This document shows, one piece after another, positions 9,037 through 17,899 of a DNA stretch of 64,000 nucleotides (positions are counted from its first letter, which is position 1; every line of letters begins with the position of its first letter). A program made the position numbers and the translations under genes. This DNA is from an uncultured Nitrospiraceae bacterium. Its GTDB lineage: Bacteria > Nitrospirota > Nitrospiria > Nitrospirales > Nitrospiraceae. The notes under the pieces were generated by a model. The model ran no database searches and was not told the origin of the DNA. It was given only the letters and a program-made list of their open reading frames with translations. Location: contig CAWJWJ010000001.1 of NCBI GenBank assembly GCA_963846575.1, positions 160,001 to 224,000 of the forward strand, in the 5' to 3' direction.

Positions 9037-10428
9037 ATGCCTGAACTGAATACAGCCCCCAATTCATTGCCCACGGGCTGGTCCGTCCTAGTCCTTTCAT
9101 TCCTTCTCCTCGTCCTTGCCATTGTCCATCCCCTTCCGGCCTATTCGGTCGAACCCAAAGAATTTATTTTGTCCAATGAGATGAAGGTCATCCTGGTGGA
9201 AGTGCCAAAAGCTCCCGTCGCCACCGTCCAGGTCTGGTACAAGGTGGGATCTCGCAACGAAGTCATGGGACGGGCGGGATTGTCCCACATGCTGGAACAT
9301 ATGATGTTCAAAGGCACGGCGAAGTACCCGAAGGGAACATTCTCGCGGCTTGTTCGCAAAAATGGGGGAATGGATAATGCTTTTACCAGCCAGGATTTCA
9401 CCGCCTACTTTGAAAACCTGGCTGCCGATCGCGTCACTTTGGCACTCGAACTTGAAGCCGATCGGATGCAGGGACTGATTCTCGACGCCAACGAATTCAA
9501 GACCGAGAGGGAGGTTGTCAAGGAGGAGCGGCGTCTTCGTAATGAAGATGATCCGCAAGGCGCGCTGGTCGAAGCTCTTTTCGCGCAGGCGTTCATGAGC
9601 CATCCCTATCATTGGCCGGTGATCGGATGGTTCTCCGACCTGGACGCAATGAGCCTCGACGACCTGCAACGCCATTATGACACCTACTACTCGCCGAACA
9701 ACGCCACGTTGGTCGTCGTCGGCGACATCAAAGCGGACACCTTGCTTCCGACGATCGCCAGGCTGTTCGAACCCATTCCCAAAGGTCCGTCGCCCAAACC
9801 GCTGACTGTCACTGAGGGCCAACAGCGAGGCGAACGTCGCTTCCTCTTGAAACGTGAAGCACAAGTGCCGTTCGTGATGATGGGATACCGCGCGCCTAAT
9901 TTCGTCAGCGACGATTCTTATGCCTTGAACGTGCTCGAGTCTATTCTGTCCCACGGCAAGAGCGCACGACTGTATCGAAGTCTTGTGTACGAGCAAAAAA
10001 CGGCGCTGGCGGTGGGAGCAGACTACGGCTTGATGCAGGCTGATCCGGGATTGTTTTACTTCTATGCAGTGGTGAAGCCTGGCGAAAAGTTCGAGGTCGT
10101 GGAGGATGCCATTATCAAGGAGATCCACCGGCTCCAGACCGAGCCGCCGAGCGAACTGGAACTCCAGCGCGCAAAAAACCAAATCGAAGCCTCCCACATT
10201 TTCGAACAAGATTCGAATTTCCGGCAGGCCATGTTGCTGGGAGAGGCCGAGACCATCGGAGCGGGGTGGCGTAAGGTTAATCAGTTTGTGGAACGCACCC
10301 GCGCCGTCACAGCACAGGACGTCCAGCGGGTTGCGTCGCAATACCTGACCGCGGACACGCGTACCATGGGGACCCTGATTCCCCAACCACCCCAAGTACA
10401 GTCGGCTCCGCCGACCCAATCCCACTAG
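9037..10428 (+). CDS. M16 family zinc peptidase, catalytic subunit, exported
   Basis: HMLEH (HxxEH) motif, NAFTSQD, hydrophobic signal segment; start may be 9016 or 9037. Confidence 0.92.
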   Translation: MPELNTAPNSLPTGWSVLVLSFLLLVLAIVHPLPAYSVEPKEFILSNEMKVILVEVPKAPVATVQVWYKVGSRNEVMGRAGLSHMLEHMMFKGTAKYPKGTFSRLVRKNGGMDNAFTSQDFTAYFENLAADRVTLALELEADRMQGLILDANEFKTEREVVKEERRLRNEDDPQGALVEALFAQAFMSHPYHWPVIGWFSDLDAMSLDDLQRHYDTYYSPNNATLVVVGDIKADTLLPTIARLFEPIPKGPSPKPLTVTEGQQRGERRFLLKREAQVPFVMMGYRAPNFVSDDSYALNVLESILSHGKSARLYRSLVYEQKTALAVGADYGLMQADPGLFYFYAVVKPGEKFEVVEDAIIKEIHRLQTEPPSELELQRAKNQIEASHIFEQDSNFRQAMLLGEAETIGAGWRKVNQFVERTRAVTAQDVQRVASQYLTADTRTMGTLIPQPPQVQSAPPTQSH

Positions 10429-10441
10429 CGAGCCAGCCGCG

Positions 10442-11824
10442 ATGATTCGACCATACAGGACGTTACGGACGCACCGATTCTCCGGCCCCCATGCTGCAGC
10501 CCTACTCATGCTGGGGGTGTTCTGCGCCACACTCAGCCTTCCATTCGCCCCTGCGCGCGCCGCTGAGATCGTTCCCACCCGCAGTGTCACGGCGAACGGC
10601 ATCACGGTGTTGTTCCTTGAGCAGCATTTCATCCCTACAGTGGAGATTCATGCGCTCGTAAAGGTGGGATCGGCCCAGGATCCAGCCGACAAAGCCGGCC
10701 TCGCCAATCTCACTGCCAGCCTCCTGGACGAGGGCACTTTAAGCCGCAGCGCTCGACAATTCGCCGAACAAATCGACTTTGTGGGAGGCTCCCTCGCAGC
10801 CCATGCGGCAGAAGACTTCACCACCGCCTCAGCCCGCGTGCTCAAGAAGGATGCCGATTTAGGCTTCTCACTCCTGGCCGACATGCTCCAACACCCCGCA
10901 TTCCATAAAGATGAGTTTGAGCGGGTCCGCACTCAAATCTTGGGTGAGATCATCAGCGATGACGATGACCCCGGGAATGTGGCCATGAAGGCGTTCCATC
11001 AGCTAATTTTCCACGGACATCCATACAGCTGGCCGGCCCAGGGTACCGAAGACACGCTGAATAAAATCACCGTGGCCGATCTCCAGCAGTTTCATGCCAG
11101 GGAATACCTGCCCAACCAGACGATCCTCGTTATTGTCGGCGATCTCACCCAGGAGCAGGCGACAACGCTCGTTCAAAACCATTTCGGATCATGGAGAAAA
11201 GGTCCGCCCCCACCCTCCCTGGTTAAAAAACCCGCTCCCATCGAACGGAAAATGGTTCAGCTCATCGAGAAGGATTTGACGCAGTCGACCATCGTCCTCG
11301 GACATACAGGGATCAGTCGGACCAATCCGGACTACTACGCCGTCACGGTTATGAACTATATTTTAGGCGCCGGCGGCTTCTCGTCACGACTCATGGATTC
11401 GATTCGAGACAAGCAGGGACTCGCGTACGGCATCATGAGTCATTTCGATACCCGTTTGATGCCGGGTGCGTTCTTCATCAATCTACAGACAAGAACCGAG
11501 TTTACTAATCAGGCCATTAGCGGAGTTTTAGCGGAGGTGAAGGGAATCCGTGATGCCCAGGTGACGGATCAGGAACTCAACGAAGCCAAGTCATTCATCA
11601 TCGGCAGTTTCCCGCTGCGGGTGGATTCCAGTGCGAAGCTGGCGAACGTCCTGGCCCAGGTGGAGTTTTATAATCTGGGATTGGATTACTTCACGCAATA
11701 CCCCAAGGCCATCGAGAAAGTGACGAAAGAAGACGTCCTGCGTGCAGCCAAACAGTACCTTGATCCCCAACACTACGCCCTGGTGGTCGTCGGGTCGATC
11801 GCGAAAGCCAAAGTTAAACAGTAG
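10442..11824 (+). CDS. M16 family peptidase, non-catalytic partner subunit, exported
   Basis: M16 fold with NLTAS in place of HxxEH, GAGGFSSRL and RDKQGLAY motifs; signal peptide ending ARA-A. Confidence 0.9.
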   Translation: MIRPYRTLRTHRFSGPHAAALLMLGVFCATLSLPFAPARAAEIVPTRSVTANGITVLFLEQHFIPTVEIHALVKVGSAQDPADKAGLANLTASLLDEGTLSRSARQFAEQIDFVGGSLAAHAAEDFTTASARVLKKDADLGFSLLADMLQHPAFHKDEFERVRTQILGEIISDDDDPGNVAMKAFHQLIFHGHPYSWPAQGTEDTLNKITVADLQQFHAREYLPNQTILVIVGDLTQEQATTLVQNHFGSWRKGPPPPSLVKKPAPIERKMVQLIEKDLTQSTIVLGHTGISRTNPDYYAVTVMNYILGAGGFSSRLMDSIRDKQGLAYGIMSHFDTRLMPGAFFINLQTRTEFTNQAISGVLAEVKGIRDAQVTDQELNEAKSFIIGSFPLRVDSSAKLANVLAQVEFYNLGLDYFTQYPKAIEKVTKEDVLRAAKQYLDPQHYALVVVGSIAKAKVKQ

Positions 11825-11866
11825 CCGGCGATGCGATAGCCGGTCCGCATTAGAGACTGAATTCCC

Positions 11867-12688
11867 ATGGCTCCCACAACCCAACTGACCACCAAAATCT
11901 TCCGGGCTCGTCACCTTCTCCGTGAAATGGGATCCGTCGTCGTTGCGTTCTCCGGCGGCATCGACAGTTCGCTGGTGCTGAAATTGGCTCATGGCGAGCT
12001 GGGGAAGAAAGCCATCGGGGTCACTGCGGTTTCTCCAACGTTTCCCGCGATCGAGCTCGAAACGACGCAGCGAATCGCCGCGGAGATCGGGGCGAGTCAC
12101 CGCATTGTTGAAACAGACCAATTGGAAATCCCAGAGTTTGTCCGCAACGACGCCACGCGCTGTTATCACTGCAAAACGGATCTGTATACGCTCCTGAGCA
12201 CGATACGCGGCGAATATGCGGCAAGCTGCATTGTCGACGGCACCAACGTGGATGATCTGGGAGATGACCGGCCCGGACTCAAGGCTGCCCGGGAGTGGGG
12301 CGTTCGCAGTCCCTTACTGGAAGCCGACTTTTCAAAGGCGGATATTCGTGAGGCGGCAAGAGCACTCTCCCTCTCCAATTGGGAAAAACCGGCCGCAGCC
12401 TGTCTCTCTTCACGAGTACCGCGCGGGATCACCATTACAAAAGCCATCCTGTCACGCGTAGAGCAGGCGGAAGCAGTCCTGGCCAGCGAGGGATTCCGCC
12501 AATACCGCGTACGAGATCACGGAGACATTGCCAGGATAGAACTCGCAATGGCAGAACTGCCGGGCTTGATCCATCCAGGTCGACGTGAGCGACTGGCCGC
12601 AGCCCTGAAAGATCTGGGATACCGCTTCGTCACCCTCGATTTGGAAGGATACCGCCAGGGAGGCGTGAGCCTCACCCCCCCGGCGTAG
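11867..12688 (+). CDS. larE: LarE family ATP-dependent sulfur transferase
   Basis: PP-loop SGGIDS, RCYHCK, DGTNVDD, RPG and ACLSSR motifs. Confidence 0.9.
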   Translation: MAPTTQLTTKIFRARHLLREMGSVVVAFSGGIDSSLVLKLAHGELGKKAIGVTAVSPTFPAIELETTQRIAAEIGASHRIVETDQLEIPEFVRNDATRCYHCKTDLYTLLSTIRGEYAASCIVDGTNVDDLGDDRPGLKAAREWGVRSPLLEADFSKADIREAARALSLSNWEKPAAACLSSRVPRGITITKAILSRVEQAEAVLASEGFRQYRVRDHGDIARIELAMAELPGLIHPGRRERLAAALKDLGYRFVTLDLEGYRQGGVSLTPPA

Positions 12689-12692
12689 TCGA

Positions 12693-13205
12693 CTAATTCC
12701 GGCTTTGGTAGGTTTTTGAGAGGGCGTCCAAGGCTTCGTCCGCCAACCGGCGATGATCAGCTTCCGTCAGTGCCCGTCCCACGACTTTCTCCGCCACCAT
12801 CAATGCCAAGTCGGTGGTCTGCGACCGGATATCCTGCACCGCCTTGCGGCGTTCCTGCTCAATCTCGCGAGTCGCATCTCCCTTGATCCTCTCGGCATCC
12901 ACCGTCATACGCTGCTCGTTTTCTTCCATCAACCGCTGGGCCCGCTCCTTGGCCTGCGTCAGCAACGCTTCTGCATCCTTCGCTGCCGTCGCCAGTTTGG
13001 CTTCATATTCCCTCAGCTTGCGCTCGGCTTCTGAGCGGTGTCGTTCAGCCTGATCGAGGCTGTCCTTGATCTTTTTCTCTCGCTCTTCGAGCATACCCAA
13101 CAGGCTTGGGAACGCATACTTGTAGAGCAAGAAAAATAGAATCCCGAAGGAGAGGATCTCCCAGAAGATCAGCGATGAAAAGAAATGCGATTCAAATTGA
13201 GGCAT
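12693..13205 (-). CDS. atpF: F0F1 ATP synthase subunit b
   Basis: N-terminal TM, LEERExxI, long charged coiled coil; follows atpE. Confidence 0.92.
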   Translation of the reverse strand: MPQFESHFFSSLIFWEILSFGILFFLLYKYAFPSLLGMLEEREKKIKDSLDQAERHRSEAERKLREYEAKLATAAKDAEALLTQAKERAQRLMEENEQRMTVDAERIKGDATREIEQERRKAVQDIRSQTTDLALMVAEKVVGRALTEADHRRLADEALDALSKTYQSRN

Positions 13206-13280
13206 AGTCTAAGTATCCAACTTGGTTGAGGGTTCTGAGCCGGGTCAGAATGCCGGCACCAGGGCTCCCCATCGATGCAA

Positions 13281-13511
13281 TTACTTGCGTAAGCCCATGA
13301 TGATGAATGCAATGACCAGCCCGTACAGGGCGATCGCTTCGACCAGCGCGAATCCGATCCACATGTATTTACCGACGCGCCCCTCCGCTTCCGGCTGACG
13401 AGCCACGGCTTCGATCATTTTCCCGAAGATATACCCGATTCCCACACCCGCTCCGGCGAACCCCGCCGCCGCCAATCCCATGCCCACTAACGCTGCTGCT
13501 GCTGCATCCAT
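13281..13511 (-). CDS. atpE: F0F1 ATP synthase subunit c
   Basis: GAGVGIG, ARQPE loop, FALVEA proton-binding Glu. Confidence 0.97.
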   Translation of the reverse strand: MDAAAAALVGMGLAAAGFAGAGVGIGYIFGKMIEAVARQPEAEGRVGKYMWIGFALVEAIALYGLVIAFIIMGLRK

Positions 13512-13546
13512 TGTTTGACCTTCCTCCCTTATGTAGACAACGCGAC

Positions 13547-14296
13547 TTAGTGTGCGTGCTCGCTATGACCGTGCAGGGTGACCGCATCCCCTAGATACAC
13601 ACAGCTCAACACGGTGAATATATATGCTTGAATAAACGCAATGCCGACTTCGAGACCGTTCATGGCAATCGTAAATGCAAAGGGGAGCCATCCGATCAAT
13701 AATCCGCCGCTGATTGCCAGACCGAACAGCACGCCGAGAATGACGTGGCCGGCGGTCATATTAGCAAACAACCGTACCGCCAGCGAGATGGGCCTCGCCA
13801 ATTGACTGATTAACTCGATCGGGATCATCAACGGCAGGAGCCAGCCCGGTGTCCCGGGCGGCACGAGAATACCGAGGAACTTCATCCCATGCAGGGAAAA
13901 GCCGAGCACCAGACTCAGCCCGTACACCCCCACCGCGAAGACCGCCGTCACAATAATTTGACTGGTGACCGTATAGGATCCCGGAATCAAGCCGAGGAGA
14001 TTGGCAAAGAGAATAAAGAGAAACAACGTACCGATCAGCGGGAAGTATTTCATCCCCGGCTCGCCCATCGTATCCAAAATAATCCCACGAATGAACTCCA
14101 CGATCAGTTCAGCCATGTTTTGCAATTTGCCGGGAACCAACTTACGAGCCGTGGCCGCCGAGATCATTAAGAAGGCAACCAGACCCACGACGATCCACAT
14201 CAGGACGACGGCTTTGTTGATGGAGATATCAATCCCTGCTGGAACCAGCGGAATCAACTCGTGCAATTCAAAAGCATGTAGCGGACTTTCTTCCAC
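13547..14296 (-). CDS. atpB: F0F1 ATP synthase subunit a
   Basis: SLAVRLFANMTAGH and IQAYIF motifs. Confidence 0.97.
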   Translation of the reverse strand: MEESPLHAFELHELIPLVPAGIDISINKAVVLMWIVVGLVAFLMISAATARKLVPGKLQNMAELIVEFIRGIILDTMGEPGMKYFPLIGTLFLFILFANLLGLIPGSYTVTSQIIVTAVFAVGVYGLSLVLGFSLHGMKFLGILVPPGTPGWLLPLMIPIELISQLARPISLAVRLFANMTAGHVILGVLFGLAISGGLLIGWLPFAFTIAMNGLEVGIAFIQAYIFTVLSCVYLGDAVTLHGHSEHAH

Positions 14297-14325
14297 GATG
14301 ATCCTTTTTCAGTCGGTCGATCGGG

Positions 14326-14544
14326 TTATCTCTGCCAGCGCTGTGCCGATCGATAGGCACCCCTGATGCCGGCTGCAGCTCCCAATACCAACCCGGCCAC
14401 CATTCCCCATGGACTGGACCCCAGGAGATAGGTATCGATGACCCAGCCCAGCCCTCCCCCGACGATCAACGCAGCGAGCAGTTCCGTCCCAATCCGGACA
14501 GCCTGTCCGAGCCCCGCATATAACGGATCCTGAGAGGGGGGCAT
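14326..14544 (-). CDS. AtpZ/AtpI family ATP synthase accessory protein
   Basis: Two TM segments with GGGLGWVID...PWG pattern; first gene of the F0 operon. Confidence 0.85.
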   Translation of the reverse strand: MPPSQDPLYAGLGQAVRIGTELLAALIVGGGLGWVIDTYLLGSSPWGMVAGLVLGAAAGIRGAYRSAQRWQR

Positions 14545-14718
14545 ACGTGCTCACGCGCGGCACCCTTCAGCACAATGTGACAGGGTGCACCCATCGGCGG
14601 GCGCGCCATTCAAGCAAATTCGCTGGGGCCTTGTCAAGAAGTTGGCTGGCTATGACCAAGCCGCTCGATACGGTATAGTCTTTTTCGTAGAGATCACGGT
14701 CCCGTTCAGCATGGAATC

Positions 14719-16200
14719 ATGACGTCCTCCTACGACAGGGCATTTCTCAGCGGGCCTCCCCGCCCGTTGGTATTGGTGCGACCACAACCCAATGCCGATC
14801 CCTTCATGTTGTACCGGAGACTCGCGAAGCCGGACCGCCCGTCCTTCCTGCTGGAAAGCGGCAATGGATCCCACACCACCGCACGTTACTCATTCTTCGG
14901 AAGCGACCCTTATCTCACGCTTACCGGTCGCGGGCTGCATTATCAGATGGACTGTGGCGGCCTGGTTCGAACCTACAAGGGATCAGGCCTTGAGGCTCTC
15001 CGGCAGACCTTGGCCGATTCGATCATCGCAATACCGGACGGCCTGCCACCGTTTTTTGGCGGCGCTCTCGGTTATCTCAGTTATGACCTCGTCCGTTCGT
15101 TCGAGTCACTTCCAGCCCTGGCCGCCGACGACCTTGCGCTTCCGGACCTGCAAATGGCCTTTCTGGATATCGTGGCCGCGGTGGATCATCAGACGCGCCT
15201 GCTCTATCTGATGTTCTGCCCGCCCCTCTCACGGTTCCAAAGCGAACCGCGGGAGAAATTGTACCGTGAAGGGTGCGACCGGTTGTCTGAACTAGAGGCC
15301 CGATTGACCAGCCCGCTGCCGGACAGTGCCCCATCCTGCTGGTCCGCCTCGGCGCCCCTCGTCCCCAGCCAATCACGTGAAACCTACACGGCCTGTGTCC
15401 GGCGATGTAAAGAATACATTACAGCCGGCGATATCTATCAGGCGAACCTCTCCCACCGATTCATTCTCGAATTGGAATCCGGGTTTTCCACACAGGGATT
15501 CGGCTACGCCATTGACCTCTACGGCCAACTTCGCCTGGTGAATCCCTCTCCATTTGCCGGACTCGCGCAATTTCCTGACCTTACGCTTGTCAGCTGTTCA
15601 CCCGAGCGGCTTGTGCAATTGACCGGCTCAACGGCATCCGTCAGACCGATCGCGGGAACCAGACCGCGAGGACTCAGCCAGGAACAAGATCGCCAGCTAC
15701 GCGCCGAATTGATTTCGAATCCAAAGGAGCGGGCCGAGCACGTGATGCTCGTCGATCTGGAACGTAACGATCTCGGTAAGGTCTCACGGTATGGTTCCGT
15801 ACGCGTCGATGAGTTCATGACGATTGAACAATATTCACACGTTAGTCACCTGGTGTCCGGCGTGACCGGCGTCCTGCAACCGGGCACTTCGTCGATGGAT
15901 CTCGTACAAGCCGTATTTCCCGGTGGGACCATTACCGGCGTTCCAAAGCTGCGCTGCATGGAAATTATCGAAGAGCTGGAACCGGTCCGACGCGGACTTT
16001 ATACCGGGGCATTAGGATACTTTAGTTGGAGCGGCGATCTGGATCTGAACATCCTAATTCGCACCTTGGTCCTGACGGGGGGCTACGGATATCTGCAAGT
16101 CGGGGCAGGCATCGTGGCTGATTCAGACCCTGAGCGCGAGTATGAGGAGACGCTTTCCAAAGCTGGTGCGTTTTTCAAAATACTGGAGGCCGGCCGCTGA
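14719..16200 (+). CDS. pabB: Aminodeoxychorismate synthase component I (anthranilate synthase I family)
   Basis: LLES, GDIYQANLS, SPERL, RPIAGT, KERAEHVMLVDLERND, FPGGTITGVPK; coupled to a class IV aminotransferase. Confidence 0.8.
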   Translation: MTSSYDRAFLSGPPRPLVLVRPQPNADPFMLYRRLAKPDRPSFLLESGNGSHTTARYSFFGSDPYLTLTGRGLHYQMDCGGLVRTYKGSGLEALRQTLADSIIAIPDGLPPFFGGALGYLSYDLVRSFESLPALAADDLALPDLQMAFLDIVAAVDHQTRLLYLMFCPPLSRFQSEPREKLYREGCDRLSELEARLTSPLPDSAPSCWSASAPLVPSQSRETYTACVRRCKEYITAGDIYQANLSHRFILELESGFSTQGFGYAIDLYGQLRLVNPSPFAGLAQFPDLTLVSCSPERLVQLTGSTASVRPIAGTRPRGLSQEQDRQLRAELISNPKERAEHVMLVDLERNDLGKVSRYGSVRVDEFMTIEQYSHVSHLVSGVTGVLQPGTSSMDLVQAVFPGGTITGVPKLRCMEIIEELEPVRRGLYTGALGYFSWSGDLDLNILIRTLVLTGGYGYLQVGAGIVADSDPEREYEETLSKAGAFFKILEAGR

Positions 16201-17081
16201 TGTGGGTGTTTCTGAACGATCGTTTCGTGCGTCAGAAGGAGGCCGTGGTGTCGGTCTTTGACCACGGATTCTTGTACGGGGACGGAGTCTACGAAACCAT
16301 TCGATCCTACGGACCCCGCATTTTCATGCGCGACCAACACCTCGCCAGACTTCGACGCTCCGCCGAGGCCATCGGGCTGAACATTCCCATCCCCGACTCG
16401 CAGTGGCCTGAACTGCTCCACGAAGCCATGCGTCGCAACGAGGTCGGCACTGATCGGCTGGATGCCTATCTCCGTATTACGATCTCCCGGGGTGAAGGAG
16501 AAATCGGGCTCGATCCCGCGCTCTGCCCGCATCCGACCGTCGTGATCATGACCAAACCCCTCCAACCGTATCCGGCGGCCCTCTCGCGCGACGGAGTTGC
16601 GCTCACCGTCGCACAGACCAGGCGAAATCTTCCCGAGGCCTTGTCCCCTCAAATCAAAGCCACAAATTTTCTCAACAACATTCTGGCCAAGCGTGAATCC
16701 ATCGCGGCCGGGACCTTCGACAGTCTCCTACTGAATTGGAAAGATGATGTCACCGAATGCACGATCAGCAATATCTTCTTCGTGTCGGACGGAACCGTAC
16801 ACACACCTGCAATGGAGTGCGGCATCTTAGACGGCATCACGCGAACCATCGTGATGAACCTGGCACAGGAGGACAGTCTCCCTGTCGAAGAAGGTCACTA
16901 TCCCCTCACGGCCCTTCGCCGGGCGGATGAATGTTTCCTGACCAATACCACGATGGAAATCATGCCGGTCACTCGAATTGATGACTTCCGCATCGGTACG
17001 GGCCTACCCGGTCCGCGCACGCGCCGCCTTCAGGCACTCTTTGCTGCCACCCGGTCGCGACACCTCGAATCGGCTTCGTAG
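16200..17081 (+). CDS. Class IV PLP aminotransferase (PabC/IlvE/D-amino-acid aminotransferase family)
   Basis: DHGFLYGDGVYET, HLARL, IKATN, ILDGITR; TGATG overlap with pabB. Confidence 0.9.
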   Translation: MWVFLNDRFVRQKEAVVSVFDHGFLYGDGVYETIRSYGPRIFMRDQHLARLRRSAEAIGLNIPIPDSQWPELLHEAMRRNEVGTDRLDAYLRITISRGEGEIGLDPALCPHPTVVIMTKPLQPYPAALSRDGVALTVAQTRRNLPEALSPQIKATNFLNNILAKRESIAAGTFDSLLLNWKDDVTECTISNIFFVSDGTVHTPAMECGILDGITRTIVMNLAQEDSLPVEEGHYPLTALRRADECFLTNTTMEIMPVTRIDDFRIGTGLPGPRTRRLQALFAATRSRHLESAS

Positions 17082-17233
17082 GGTCATCATCCACTATCGC
17101 AAGCGATATCAGTTACTTCCATCGTCATTGCCACACCCGATCAGGCGGCGCGTCTTTTGACAGGCAGGGGGTCCGATGCTACGGTTACAACAGCAGAGTT
17201 GAACACTCAGTACTCACCGGAACCCCAATCCAC

Positions 17234-17899
17234 ATGACCCATGTGACCCGACTGACCCTAGCCCTCTGCTCCACTGCGACCCTTTTACTGTCAACAGGGC
17301 CCGCTCGCGGAGACGTTTACCAGTACATCGACGCCAACGGAACCATTTCCCTTACCAACGTCCCTAATGACCCCCGATATCGACGTGTGATTTCGGAGCT
17401 GCCTCGCGCCCGCAGCGTGATATCCGACAGCGAGTTGGAACCGGTCATTGCGCGATATTCCCGAGCGCATCGTCTGCATCCGGCGTTGATCCGTGCCGTG
17501 ATCAAGACGGAGTCCGATTTCGATCCCTTAGCGGTGTCGCGTGCCGGGGCTATCGGGTTAATGCAGCTGATGCCGCAGACCGCCGTCCGGTTGCACGTAC
17601 GTGACTCCTACAATCCGGAAGACAATATCGGCGGCGGAACGAAGTATCTCCGCCAGCTGCTGGACCGGTTTGAGGGAAATTTACCGCTGGCCTTGGCCGC
17701 CTACAATGCGGGAGAACATGCGGTGGAGCGCTATCAGGGGCTTCCGCCGATTGCGGAAACCAGGCAATACGTGAAAACGGTGCTTCGGCACTATCGTGCC
17801 TTTCTTACGAATGACCGGCGTGCTTCGTCACGGCCGTACCGCTCACCGGCACTCGAGGCGCACACACGAGGTCTTGCTCCCTCAATTTCGTCCCGGTAG
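17234..17899 (+). CDS. Lytic transglycosylase (DUF4124-like N-terminus + SLT)
   Basis: Signal peptide, VYQYIDANG, IKTES, GAIGLMQLMP, AAYNAG, ETRQYV. Confidence 0.9.
   Translation: MTHVTRLTLALCSTATLLLSTGPARGDVYQYIDANGTISLTNVPNDPRYRRVISELPRARSVISDSELEPVIARYSRAHRLHPALIRAVIKTESDFDPLAVSRAGAIGLMQLMPQTAVRLHVRDSYNPEDNIGGGTKYLRQLLDRFEGNLPLALAAYNAGEHAVERYQGLPPIAETRQYVKTVLRHYRAFLTNDRRASSRPYRSPALEAHTRGLAPSISSR

Noticed and set aside
9097..10632. Long antisense ORFs (also 18360-19463, 34679-35902, 41487-42527, 49260-50465, 58919-59905)
   Set aside because: Shadow frames of well-supported genes in GC-rich DNA; no recognisable motifs
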